Source: Octopus sinensis (taxonomy: Eukaryota). Taken from it: 64,000 nucleotides of DNA. Positions 1-12,290 of the stretch are shown here, piece after piece (the stretch's first letter is position 1; every line of letters starts with the position of its first letter). The notes under the pieces are model-generated. The model saw nothing but the letters and a program-made list of their open reading frames with translations. It did not search any database and had not been told where the DNA came from. A program made the translations under genes and the position numbers. The DNA lies in assembly GCF_006345805.1 (NCBI RefSeq), contig NC_043012.1, positions 54,126,001 to 54,190,000 of the forward strand. The letters are read 5' to 3'.

Positions 1-259
1 TTATTTGATAGATTGATTGATTGGTTGATTGACTGATTTCAAGAACTACTAGTTTATGAAGTCAATAACTTGAATGTTAATATGACAGTTAGTAATATCC
101 AGAACTACCAAATCTGTCATGTTAATCTTTTACACAGATATTATTTCTCCCATTACTAAGTCACGTTGCACAGAAAAAATATATAGTACAGAGTGGTAGC
201 AATTATAATAATCTATTTTTAAAAGAAATACTATATAGAATACGTTTTTTATCTTTTAT

Positions 260-455
260 CTGTTTCAGTAAATGGACTGCGGCCAAGCTGAGGCACTGCC
301 TCGAAGGGTTTAGTCGAACACATCGTCCCGATTACTTGTTTTATTAGTTTGGTACTTATCCTATTGGTCACTTTGCCGAACCGCTGTGTTACAGGGGCGT
401 GAACAGCAAACCAGCACCAGCTGTCAAGCGATAGAGGTGGACAAACATACAAATA
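260..455 (-). mobile_element. SINE family A, 3' module only
   Basis: Reverse complement of the recurrent tail (cttgacaacc...gcggttcggcaaaag...gcagtcaaatgactgaaac); runs into a (TA)n tract. Confidence 0.8.
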
Positions 456-460
456 CATGT

Positions 461-572
<112 letters not shown>

Positions 573-589
573 CGCAGACGTGGCTTAAA

Positions 590-1020
590 GGCGCAGGAGT
601 GGCTGTGTGGTAAGTAGCTTGTTTACCAACCACATGGTTTTGGGTTCAATCCCACTGCGTGGCACCTTGGGCAAGTGTCTTCTACTATAGCCTCGAGCCG
701 ACCAAAGCCGTATGAGTGGATTTGGTAGACGTAAACTGAAAGAAGCCCGTCGTATATATGTGTGTGTGCGTTTGCGTGTGTGTGTTCGTGCGTGCGTGTG
801 TGTATATGTGCGTCTTTGCATTTGTGTTTGTCCCTATACCACCACTTGACAACCGGTTCTAGTGCGTACATCCATATTAACTAGCGGTTCGGCAAAAGAG
901 ACCGACAGAATAAGTACCACGCTTTAAAAAGTAAATATTGGAATCGATTCATTCGACTAACAAAAACTATCCACAGCGGTGCTCCAGTATGGCCGCAGTC
1001 AAATGACTGAAACAGGAAAA
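590..1020 (+). mobile_element. tRNA-headed SINE family A, full length with internal (TG)n
   Basis: Head ggcgcaggagtggctgtgtggtaag...gggttcaatccc has A/B-box-like motifs, followed by ccttgggcaagtgtc, an internal microsatellite and the tgactgaaac tail. More than 15 copies or fragments occur in the window. Confidence 0.85.
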
Positions 1021-1059
1021 GGATAATAGAAAAGATATATGTATATGTGTGTATATATA

Positions 1060-1730
1060 TGCACAACGTGCTTGTCTCCGTTTGCGTTTACCAAATCCAT
1101 TCTAATGACATTGGTCGGCCTGGAGCTATAGTAGAAGTTTTTTTATTGCCCACAAGGGGCTACACACAGAGGGGACAATCAAGGACAGACAAAGGAATTA
1201 AGTCGGTAACATCGACTCCAGTGCGTTTAACTGGAACTTAATTTATCGACCCCGAAAGGATGAAAGGCAAGGTCGACCTCGGCGGAATTGGAACTCAGAA
1301 CGCAACAGCAGACGAAATACCTATTTCTTTACTACCCACAAGGAGTTAAACACAGAGAGGACAAACAAGGACAGACAAACGGATTAAGTTGATTATATCG
1401 ACCCCGGTGCGTAACTGGTACTTAATTTATCGACCCCGAAAAGAAGAAAGGCAAAGTCGACCTCGGCGGAATTGGAACTCAGAACGCAACAGCAGACGAA
1501 ATACCTATTTCTTTAATACCCACAGGGGCTAAACACAGAGAGGACAAACAAGGACAGACAAACGGATTAAGTCGATTATACGGCTACGCATTTCGCCTGG
1601 CGTGCTAACGTTTCTGCCAGCTCGCCGCCTATAGTAGAAGATATTTTTGCAAGGTGCTATGCAGCAGGACTGAACGCAAGACTACGTCACTGAGAAGCAT
1701 GCTTGTTAACCACACAGCCACACCTGCCAA
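1060..1730 (-). mobile_element. SINE family A 5' module interrupted by a family B multimer
   Basis: Family A sequence resumes after the insertion. TSD tatagtagaag at 1127-1137 and 1630-1640. Confidence 0.75.
1138..1629 (-). mobile_element. tRNA-headed SINE family B, internally multimerised
   Basis: Head ggcggcgagctggcagaaacgttagc followed by about 2.4 tandem ~183-bp body+tail units; 11-bp TSD. Confidence 0.85.
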
Positions 1731-2019
1731 CTACAACGAGTATATTCGACATTGTTAATTATCTTTTCCAAAAAAAATATCATTAATTAGTGGGGGGGGG
1801 GCAATGTTTTAAAGCTTGGTACACTCAAAGTGGGTAATTGTAGCCCTATATTATGGTAAAACTTAAATGAATGTAAATAATTCAAGTGGTGCAATTAATT
1901 TTATGCAGTATTTGAATTTATTCGCGTTACGTTTGCCGAAGCAGAACATGACCGTTAAATTAAAGTAACTGATATCGAAGCACAATGACAAAAGCATAGA
2001 GGGAAAAAAAATTTATTAT

Positions 2020-2066
2020 CATCATTATCATCATCATCGTCATTATTATCATCGTCATTATTATTA

Positions 2067-2113
<47 letters not shown>

Positions 2114-2235
2114 TTATGTTTGACTTTTGCGTTACATTTGTACAAGTTGGCTTCAAGTCTCACCTAGAGACCTCAAGAGACAACAACTTGGAAGTTCATA
2201 TTGGTGTTATGCCTAGGGTGCCATTATTATTATTA

Positions 2236-2287
<52 letters not shown>

Positions 2288-2290
2288 CTA
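2020..2290. repeat. (TAT/CAT)n tract containing a LINE 3' UTR fragment (2114-2222, minus strand)
   Basis: The fragment is the reverse complement of the gtgagacttggtgccaacttgtacaaatgt...aaacat(aat)n piece at 45071-45118 in the R4 nest. Confidence 0.7.
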
Positions 2291-2297
2291 AGTCTAG

Positions 2298-2660
2298 TTC
2301 GCAGAATCGTTAGCACACTGGACGAAATGCTTAGCGGTATTTCGTCTGTCGTTACGTTGTGAGTTCAAATTCCGCCGAGGTCGACTTTGCCTTTCATCCT
2401 TTCGGGGTCGATTAAATAAGTACCAATTACGCACTGGGGTCGATGTAATCGACTTAACCCGTTTGTCGGTACTTGTTTGTCCCCTCTGTATTTAGCCCCT
2501 TGTGGGTAGTAAAAGAAATAGGTATTTCGCTAAGCATTAACTATGCTCTGATTTCAAATTCTGCCGAGGTCGACATTGGGCGGGGGGGTCGATAAAATAA
2601 GTACCAGTTGTGTGCTGGGGTCGCCGTAATCGACTATCCCCTCCTCCAAATTTCAGGCCT
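2298..2660 (+). mobile_element. SINE family B, dimeric (head-body-tail1-body-tail2)
   Basis: Junction aaagaaatag|gtatttcg, then a second, older body ending ccaaatttcaggccttgt. Confidence 0.8.
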
Positions 2661-4100
2661 TGTTGTTGTTTTTGTTGTTGTTGTTGTTGCTGTTGTTGAG
2701 GAATTTACCTTGCGTCTCCTATGACATGCAATATGTTTTGATTCACAATTCGTGTTCTAATAACGCATCCATCTTATTTGATTCATTTCGCCCTTCCATT
2801 CCATCTCAGAAACGTGGTCTCTTATTCGTTTCAAGCCTTCATTTCCATTTCAGAGATTGTTTGTACAGGTACGAGTGTGCGTATATGTGTGAGTACACGT
2901 GTGTGTGTGTGTATGTGTATGTGTGTGTGGTGTTACACGTGTTTGTGAGGCAATATATTACGGTACATATTAACGGCATTTAGAGATATCAATTATATCA
3001 TTGGGATTTAATATATTCGACTTTTCATATTAATATTATAAATGCTATTCCTACAACGAGTATATTGCACTTCTCATATTAATCGTATAAATATTATTAA
3101 TGACATTTGGCGTTATCAATTATTTAATTGAGTTTAGTTTATAGGACTTTCCCCATTAATTTTATGAATGCTATCATACTCAATGAGGCTAAACAGCAAC
3201 AGCTACAAGTACATCAACAGCTACAATAACTACTACTACTACTACTACTGCTGCTGCTACTGCTGCTACGAAATATAGTACTTGTTAGTATTCTGATAAT
3301 CAGGTATATCGTTTAATTCAGTGGCCTTGAGCAAGGTGTAAACTGTGACACAATCGTTTTTCACTCGTCGAATCTATAAATTGTGATGCGATTGTTGTAG
3401 ATTGCGATAAACTCTACGATTATTGCACCAATTATGATCCCAAAAGACCGATAATTTATTGGCATTTTCAGCATATATAGATTATATATTGCGTTTTCAG
3501 GCAATGTATTGATTTTAAGTACATGCTATTTATTGGAATTTCTAAATAGAAGCAATTTTTATCTTATAAATGCAGGCAATTTACTGAGATTATTAAATGA
3601 ATCTGCCTCAACGCAAGCAATTTACTGTGTTTTCTAAGAACGAGTAACTCATTTTTTTTTTGTCCAAATACAGTTATCAGTTTCTCAAATATGTTGCTAC
3701 TTACCAAATACGCTCTTATCCTTACCAAATATTATGGCACTTAAATGCCCTGTCACCAAATGTTCTGTCGCTCACCAAATGCTCTACTGTATACCAAATA
3801 TTCTATCACACATTCTATTATGGTTTGTTCTCTGCATGTGAATCTAATCTTTCTATTTGGCCCCCTGGCTTCCAAACCCCCGGTGTTATTTTCTTCCGTG
3901 TTTTGTATATCAAATTTAGTATCTAGAACTACATTACCAAATATAGCCTTCCTTTGTTGAGATTCGAAAATTTCATAGCCAGGGCTAGCAGGTCGTTCGA
4001 TCACATAGAAGTTCTCACACTGGTTTGTTGTTTTAACTGTTATTGTGTTGACAACTGGTAATGGAGTTTCTGAATAATTAACTTTAGTGATATATGTTAA

Positions 4101-4497
4101 CTAGCAGTATTTCCCGGCGTTGCTCGGGTTTGTTTTCTTTTCGACCCTTTAGAATTGGAATTTTTGAAAAGTAAAAATTTTGCATTATGTAGCTTGTTAT
4201 TCTCTTTAAGTGAACATTTTTCTGGTTGAAATACACCGGAAAATGGCGATACAGCAGTCAAAAAAATTGTTAAAAATAGGGATTTTCATAGAAAAAAAGC
4301 ACCTTTTTGATATAAATAATTTTTGGTCTTATCATGGTCCTATTTCATTTTTTTCTTCTACGGAATGAAGAGCAAGCCTTCTTCTATCATACTCTCAATT
4401 TTGGTCAACTTGCGCCGCAGGGTCTTGGAGGAGATAGTATTAGTTGAAGCCTACCAAACCTGTCACACAAAGACAACTTCAGCCTTATATATATAGA
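4101..4497 (-). mobile_element. Non-autonomous Helitron (~397 bp)
   Basis: Minus strand starts A|TCTATATATATAA (4497) and ends CTAG|T (4101), with subterminal hairpin cccgagcaacgccggg (4113-4128). AT target and no TSD, the canonical Helitron termini. Confidence 0.85.
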
Positions 4498-4664
4498 TGA
4501 TTTGCACACTTGCTCGAACAATGTTGTAAATCTCGTTAGTGGTTTTCTGCTTCTCTCGTCAGTACATTGGTTAGAGAGATGACTGAAGTCATTGCTTCAC
4601 TGAGCAGATCTAAATTGACCGGAACACGTCCAGAGTAGACTTTCGTACTTGATGAAATTACTGG

Positions 4665-4882
4665 TTTCAAATTTTGGCACATGACCAACAAGTTCGGGGA
4701 TGGGGTTAAGTCGATTACATTAACTGGTACTTATTTTCTCGACGGGTACTCATTTTGTCAACCTCGAAAGGATGAAAGACAAAATCAACCTCGGCGGAAT
4801 TTGAACTCAGAACGTAAAGACGGACGAAATGCTGCTAAGTATTTCGCCCTGCTTGCTAACAATTTTACCAGCTCTCCGCCTT
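4665..4882 (-). mobile_element. SINE family B (tail2 type)
   Basis: gaaaggatgaaagacaaaatcaacctcggcggaatttgaactcagaacg...ccagctctccgcc. Confidence 0.8.
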
Positions 4883-4898
4883 ATTTATGACGTTAATA

Positions 4899-5132
4899 CA
4901 GAGTTGGCCAAAAGTCACCCGACAGTAGATCAAAATTCCATAAATATTATCTGTAATATTGCATTGACTCGAATGGAAAAATGTGTCGCCCATGAAAGAT
5001 TTCAGTTTGAACAATTTTCATGATGCTTCATATTTATATGCTTTTATTAAATACATTCAGCTGTTAAACATAAATAAATCTTGGAATTAAATGGTTTTGA
5101 TTTAGTGTCAGATGACTTTTAGTCAACTTTTT
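4899..5132 (+). mobile_element. Tc1/mariner-type MITE (~230 bp)
   Basis: TA|CAGAGTTGGCCAAAAGTCACC with a degraded reverse TIR; homologous to the two copies at 62643-63114. Confidence 0.75.
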
Positions 5133-6334
5133 ATGTCCTTAAGTTAATGGTATACTTTACAATTCGTACAATTATTTTTAATTAAAATTCATAATCCTTA
5201 CTGTCTTAAATATGTAGTAATTTTAACTTATCTACTAACCATACGTTTTATTCTAACGTTTTAGTTTAACTTTATCAGCTGATGAGGCTGGTTTATAGTC
5301 AAATATTCGTAACAATTTTCCGTTAATTTGTTTAATCGTAGAATTACTGGCAAAAAAAAAGAAAAAAGACGGATTTACTTCCTTCAAAAAATATTTTAAA
5401 ACTAGGTCAGTATGTTATGCAAATTCCGAGCAATTAAGTGTGGAAGTGGTGGGTCTTTTGTAGTGAGGGCGTTCAGGTTCTTTCCCAATGTCATTAAATG
5501 AATAAGATTTATATATATAGGTGACAGTGTTAAAAAGGGAAAGAAAACGAAGGAGTAATTTTATCGATTGAAAAAGAGAAAATGAAGAGGAATACGCAAA
5601 AGAGAGTGTAGCCATGAATATTCCAACAACGTTCACCAAGAGGGAGAGAGAGAGAGAGAGAGAGAAAGAGATGGGGGTGAGAGCAATGTCACGAATGATT
5701 GCCAGACCAATTCTATGACCACAGCCATGAAGCAGAGGCCGATTCGCCTGTCAATTCACACTACCTTTAAGCCTGGATGGCGTTGAGAGAAATCATCATC
5801 AATTTATCAGAGACAAACAGTCATTTCCAACGTTACCGACTGAAAATAAATAAATAGATAAATAAATAAATAGATAAATAAATAAATGAATGGATGTAAC
5901 GGAGTTATTGCATTTCTAATGGTGCTTTGAATAGAGATGTATAGAGGTCTTTTGATTTTGGTATGAAATCTCGTATGTTAGGGAAATGGGCGAGTAAGTA
6001 GTTGTAAAGTCTATGATTTCCCTTCCAACATTAGTAGCAGCATCAAAGCAAAATTACTACCTCTTGGAATCGAAACCGTTTCACGAACCTAACTTGTGAG
6101 TAATTTGCTTTCTTTCACACTACATTGCCTGCTATATTAAAGGATATTGGTTTCTTTCGCAAAAGGTACAAAGGCCCTATTTTGGGGTGTAAATATAGGG
6201 TGAATTTTATTTAGACGTTCTAGGTTTTAACCTTAGAGGAAAGGCAACAAATTAAGAAGCGAAAGAATGAAGTCTTCATAAGCTACACGCTATTTTCTGA
6301 TACTATTACAAATCCATAAATATATTAATTTCCA

Positions 6335-6780
6335 ATTTTGGCACAAGGCTAGTAAGTTCAGAGGAGGGTATAAGTCGATTACATAGACGGCGAGATGGCA
6401 GAAACGTTAGCACGTCGGGCGAAATGCTTTAGCGGTATTTCGTCTGCCGTTACGTTGTGAGTTCAAATTCCGCCGAGGTCGACTTTGCCTTTCATCCTTT
6501 CGGGATCGATAAATTAAGTACCAGTTACGCACTGGGGTCGATGTAATCGACTTAATCCCTTTGTCTGTCCTTGTTTGTCCCCTCTGTGTTTAGCCCCTTG
6601 TGGGTAGTAAAGAAATATACATAGACCCCAGTGTTCAACTGGTACTTAATTTATCGACCCTGAAATGGTAATAAACGAAATCGACCTCAGCGAAATTTGA
6701 ACTCAGAATGTAAAGTCGGACGAGATGCGGCTAAGCCTTTTTTCCGCAGCGAGCTAACAACTCTGCCGCCTTACGAATCC
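6335..6780 (-). mobile_element. Old SINE B with a young SINE B nested in the opposite orientation (6389-6617)
   Basis: TSD tacatagac at 6380-6388 and 6618-6626. Confidence 0.85.
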
Positions 6781-7009
6781 GCAAATACGAGTATATTGGC
6801 GATAAACCGGAAAGAAAACACCTACGTTGTTATTCAACCTATTAAAAATAGCAGCCAAATCGCCTCCTTATTTGCGAAATGACATTAGATATTGAATCTA
6901 GATATATCGTATGACTGATAAAGTGAGATAAAGAGACACGGTGGCCACAGCTAGAGCGCTAATAGATCTTCGTAATGATGTCGAACCAAGGAGCTTAAGC
7001 AATAACAAG

Positions 7010-7290
7010 CCGATAATGGAGTCTCTACGGGGTTACTCAGCAAGCTAAAATGGCAACCAAATCTAAAATTAACACTTGCCATCTGAAAACGTAAGGAAAT
7101 ACACATTAGATAATATAGTCCTGGAAACAACTAATGCCATTTTAAAAAAATCAGAGATGCTAGTCAGAATCATGGTTCAATCAAGCGGAACTAATAATAG
7201 AATACAATCTCAAGAAGGACAGCTGGTGCGCCTTTGATCATAGATTTGTTCGATCGGAATTAATTTGGTTAAACCAGAAGCCACCGCTCG
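7010..7290 (+). mobile_element. Dispersed repeat family E (probable SINE body)
   Basis: Motifs gctagaaatagcagccaaatct ... ggatggtca..gctgg..tgcctttgatcatag recur at about 13195, 39865, 49385, 49630, and on the minus strand at 59750 and 61690. Confidence 0.55.
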
Positions 7291-7514
7291 TACTTCTGCT
7301 ATTGCTTACAATTGTGAAAATCCAATCCGTATAACTGAAGCAGTCTGCATATAATATGAATGTGTTCTCTTTCTTTAATAAAAGATTTATATCCAAAACT
7401 GATTCCCCCACCCCTCATTCATTTCTGGGGTCTGTGGCTAAGTATTTTCTACTATGACCCGAGGCCGACCAGTTCTTGTGAGCGAATTTCATAGACCGTC
7501 GCGCGCGCACGCGC

Positions 7515-7550
<36 letters not shown>

Positions 7551-7645
7551 AGATCATCGATGGGAATCAGACATTCTCCATATAGAATACACTTAGTAGT
7601 GTTCAAGGGATTTAAACACGAGCTGGTAGATAAGTAAATGTAGGG

Positions 7646-7646
7646 C

Positions 7647-7717
<71 letters not shown>

Positions 7718-7742
7718 TCAGACAGTCAGACAGATAGCTAGC

Positions 7743-7810
<68 letters not shown>

Positions 7811-7815
7811 CAGAC

Positions 7816-7902
<87 letters not shown>
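7646..7902. repeat. (GATA)n microsatellite inside a degenerate family A SINE (~7440-8140)
   Basis: About 64 units; family A 3' module follows at 7930-8140. Confidence 0.9.
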
Positions 7903-7903
<1 letters not shown>

Positions 7904-9520
7904 GTGTATGTATATGTATATGCTTGTCGTTGTGTTTGTGTTTGACCACCACCCCACTATTACTTGACAGCAAGTTTTGGTGGTTTACGCTCTCTTAATT
8001 TAGCAGTTTGTCAAAAGAATCGATACAATAAGTATCAGATATAAGAAAATAAGCCACTAGGGGTGATTAATTCGACAAAAATCTTCAAAGCGGTGCCCCA
8101 GCGTGGCCGCAGCCCAATGACTGACACAAGTAAATGATAAAAGACGCTCTAAGCATACATTGTATGCTTCGCTTTTCTGTCTGCTCGATAACGAATGACC
8201 CGGGTCTAAACACACCCTACAGTTAAAAAACGAAAGGCGACCGGAACCCTTTTGGTTTTATGTGTGTTCGATCAGGCTAATGTACGGTAAATTACAGTTT
8301 AAGTCAAATATGGTCTAGCGATTTTGACACTTCATCAGAGATCCATATTATATGTCAATTCTTAACATTCGTCTTTTACTCTTTGTTTTCTTAAAGGAGC
8401 AGATATTATTTGGCAACCTACCAAGGTTATAGCAAAGCTATTTAACAAAACAGCCGATCTGTTGTCAATTAATAGTCAATTAATATCCTGTTAACATGTT
8501 GCGTATAATTAAGGGTTGACTTACAATTATATAAAATGCAAAGAATAGATCTAAATTGAAGCTTATATTATGAACAATGAACATTATTGATCTTACTAAG
8601 AAAAATAATTCCCAATGTTCTTTAATCTCTAAAGATTCGTGACGACATTCGATTCATCTTAAATTTTCTTAGTATTTATATTTAATCATTTCTTATATGC
8701 TAAACTCAGTTATATTTATAATTTTATTTTGTATATTAGATTTCTCTTTTTTTTTTTGTTAAGATTTCCCTCAAATTAATCAAATATATTCTGATGGTAA
8801 ATAAAATCAGATCCATTCTTTTCAACAATTCACACGCGATTTTCATCAATAAGAATATAACATAATTTTGGCAACAATCACACGGGTAACAACAAACATA
8901 TATAAAATTTTAATAAAGACGTATGTTACAACGTTCTTGATAACATTTAGATGAACGGCAGTAGTTTTCATGTTTCTACATAGGTGGCTTTTGTTTTATA
9001 ATTATTCAACATATCGATTATTTACTGTGGATATTATATTCACTGCAAAACTTGATTTGTATTATGCTTTTTTTCAAATATACAATTTATCTTATAGGAA
9101 TTTTGTTATAAACAGATGTAGAGACGTGCATACGATTCCTAAATATATTATTTAAACTCCTCTTTTCGTGCGTGTAATAATTAGTCTAAAAGCGTTTTAT
9201 GATATTGTCTTTGTGGAGCCGCTAATGCTCTGACGTGAGTAGAAAGTTTCAGTATTTCATCTGCAATTCCACGATAGGCAACGATTCTTTCAGAGAGAGA
9301 AAGAGAAAGAGAGAAAGAGCGTTTGTGTGTGTGTGTGTGGAGAGAGAGACAGAGAGGGGGAATGAATTTCGGAAAGGAAAAGCAAATTTATGATCTGGTT
9401 ATCTTTTGTGTTTTTAATCCAAAAAATAGATCCCTTAAGTTAGTGATATGAGAAGTCAAATATGGTGAAATATGTATAATTAAATCAGAGGGGGAAATTA
9501 TTCTACACATAATTATATCA

Positions 9521-9638
<118 letters not shown>

Positions 9639-9799
9639 AACTTTAAATTTAAATAATTTAAATTTTGAATTTTATATTTTATATATTTTGTATATTATAT
9701 TAATTAATTTTATTTCTATGTTTTGGTTTATGTTTTTCACTCTTTGATTTGCCTAATAGTGGTTTTATCTCTAATTTAATATATATATATATATATATA

Positions 9800-9998
9800 C
9801 TTTTATTTTTTACTTGCTTCAGTCATTTGACTGCAGCCATGCTGGAGCACCGCCTTTAGTCGGACAAATCGACCCCAGGACTTATTCTTTGTAAGCCTAG
9901 TACTTATTCTATCGATTTCTTTTACCAAACCGCTACGTTACAGGGACGAAAACACACCCACGTATGCTGTCAAGCGATGGCGGGGGGACAAACACGCA

Positions 9999-10038
<40 letters not shown>

Positions 10039-10074
10039 CACTCACACACACACACACACAACACACACACACAC

Positions 10075-10120
<46 letters not shown>

Positions 10121-10164
10121 GACGGGTTTCTTTTAGTTTCCGTCTTCCAAAACCACGCACAAGC
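9800..10164 (-). mobile_element. SINE family A, 5'-truncated, internal (CA)n(TA)n
   Basis: Close match to the other family A copies. Confidence 0.85.
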
Positions 10165-10450
10165 TATATTTAAAAGCTATATAATCTTTGAGTTCGTAGG
10201 TGGTTAATGGATTGGTAATGGTGTCAAAGAAGGAGCACGAATTTATGAAATATGTACATATACTTATTACTTATTTTCCATCTTCGATGGCACTGTTTAC
10301 TTTAGATGTATTCGGATGCGAAGCGTCGTAAGAAAACAATGCTAGTTATCATTTCTATAGAAAATCTGTGGAGATAACCTTAAAATATAATTATATCGCA
10401 GAAATTCAACCTTCCATTACAGTAGTAATCAGTGAGGGGCTAAAAATATG

Positions 10451-10875
10451 GATCTTTTCGGTTTGAACGGCAGTTTTTCTAGCGGTGTCATATGAAATTG
10501 TCACCTATAATTATGACCCTAGTATCGAGCTATTGCATTTCAATCTCTTTTAGGGTTAGGGTTAGTTAAGGTTAGGGGTGGGGGGAAGGGTATCTTTTTT
10601 TTCTTCACAAATGTAAATAAACCCAATCTGTTTCTTAAACGAGGGACATATTCATACGGCACAGAATGTTTTCACCTCAATAGACGTCATTGATTGGTTG
10701 AAATTGCAGACATTGAAGAAAAAAACAACAAATATCTTACAAACTATAGAATTTTCTCAATAAAACCAAGAGAAAAAGATGTTTTATAAACACATTCTAC
10801 CAGTATACGAAGTTTAAAAGTGTTTAGTTACGGGGAAATTATTTTAAAAAGACTGTCGTTCAGACCGAAAAGATC
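10451..10875. mobile_element. Non-autonomous TIR element (~425 bp) with internal telomere-like TTAGGG tract
   Basis: TIRs gatcttttcggtttgaacggcagttttt and aaaaagactgtcgttcagaccgaaaagatc (about 28 bp, 3 mismatches). ttagggttagggttagttaaggttagggg at about 10550-10578. Confidence 0.75.
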
Positions 10876-11055
10876 TAAAAATATTATATAGAGATATAGG
10901 TTTCTTTGTTCAAGAGAAGTTTCACACAGTAGAAGAACATTCGGTTTGGGTTTTTATCCAATCAATTTCAGGGATCTTTTTTTTTCTGTTACATAGATCC
11001 AAGCAAACAGGAAATCTTCATAGTTTTAACAGGTGTTGTTTCTAAAATACAATAA

Positions 11056-11270
11056 AGGCGACAAGCTGGCAGAATGGTTACCGCGACAAGCAAATTGTTT
11101 AGCGGTATTTTGTGTGTCTTTACGTTCTGAGTTCAAATTCCACAGAGGTCGATGTTGTCTTTCATCTTTTCGGGGTCGATGAAATAAGTACCAGTTTAAC
11201 ACTAGCTTCAATGTAAATAACTAAACCCCTTACTCGAAATTGCTGGCCTTGTACCAAAATTTGAAACCAA
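11056..11270 (+). mobile_element. SINE family B (tail2 type)
   Basis: ggcgacaagctggcagaatgg ... ttgtaccaaaatttgaaaccaat. Confidence 0.8.
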
Positions 11271-11584
11271 TTAATGAACAATTAACACACATAGAAGTTT
11301 TTAATTAATTAATCCCTCATTCTGTTTAACACCAAGGAATTTCTTCTATCGAAAAGATCAGTGAGCACTTTTTTCATGTGAGCAGCCTTGGAAACCTTGA
11401 TAAAAGGCGCTTCTCTACCTTCTTTGGTTAAGTCATGTATAAAAACAAGGGCATCTTAAATGAACTGCATTTAAACATAGACATTATTATTGAGTTTGAA
11501 GTGAATAGTACCCGAATTCTATGTTGCCAACTGAGTGTTGTACTCGGGAGTAAACTACCAGGTCTCTATAGAGTATAGTTGTTG

Positions 11585-11788
11585 GTTTCAAGGCCAGCAA
11601 TTTTGGAAGAGGAAGTAAGTCGAGAAAGTAAGTCGACCCCAGAACTCAACTGGTACTTATTTTATTGAACCCAGAAGGATGAATGGCGCGGCCAATCTCA
11701 GGGTAATTTGAACTCAGAACGTATTGACGGACGAAATGCCGCTAAGTATTTTGCCCGGTGCGGTAACGTTTCTGCCAGCTCGCCGCCT
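11585..11788 (-). mobile_element. SINE family B (tail2 type)
   Basis: Reverse copy ending ctgccagctcgccgcc. Confidence 0.8.
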
Positions 11789-12100
11789 TAGCGCACACAT
11801 ATTAAGAAGTTTTAATGTCAAGTTACTAGAAACTTAATGAGTCTGTGGGCTTCGTATAGTGCCATGAATGTTCATAACATCAAAACTATCTGAAGCTATT
11901 GTAGAGTGATGAAATGGTTATAAGCAAATAATGGCTTAAGTTCTGTACAAATGCTTATACATCTTTAAGAAACTGAAGCATTAACACTGGCGTTATCCTG
12001 TAAGTATTCCAAACACAATAAACCAGTCAGACCTACTTTGAGAGGCCAGATAGGAAGATCGGTTGGTCAATTAATCCTGCCCATATCTGTATATCATTTG

Positions 12101-12290
12101 TGGGTGTGCATGGCTTAGTGGTTTGGATGTTGAACTCATGGCCGTAAGATTGTGATTTCAATTCCTAGACAGTCTAGCTGGAAGAGATAGGTAATACTGC
12201 GATGGACTGGCGTCCCTTCCAGTGCGGAAAACATACGCTGGGGAAGGCGCGAAACCGGGAAACTGGTCCTATACTCTTTACGGAATAACG
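12101..12290 (+). mobile_element. SINE with head D and ctgcgatggactggcgtcc tail
   Basis: tRNA-like head gcatggcttagtggtt...gatttcaattcc; tail shared with 30561-30810. Confidence 0.6.

Noticed and set aside
1138-1629. Regularly spaced repeats as a CRISPR array; also the 65-bp and 64-bp repeats
   Set aside because: The units are contiguous with no unique spacers, there are no cas genes, and the context is eukaryotic.
5272-5320. CTGATGA-ggct..agtc-AAA hammerhead-like string
   Set aside because: G12 missing and no stem I pairing.
10270-10335. gcgaagcgtcgtaag, resembling the 3' half of a hammerhead
   Set aside because: No CUGANGA core upstream.
10550-10578. Telomere or chromosome-fusion scar
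   Set aside because: Only two to four degenerate units, and they lie inside a TIR element.
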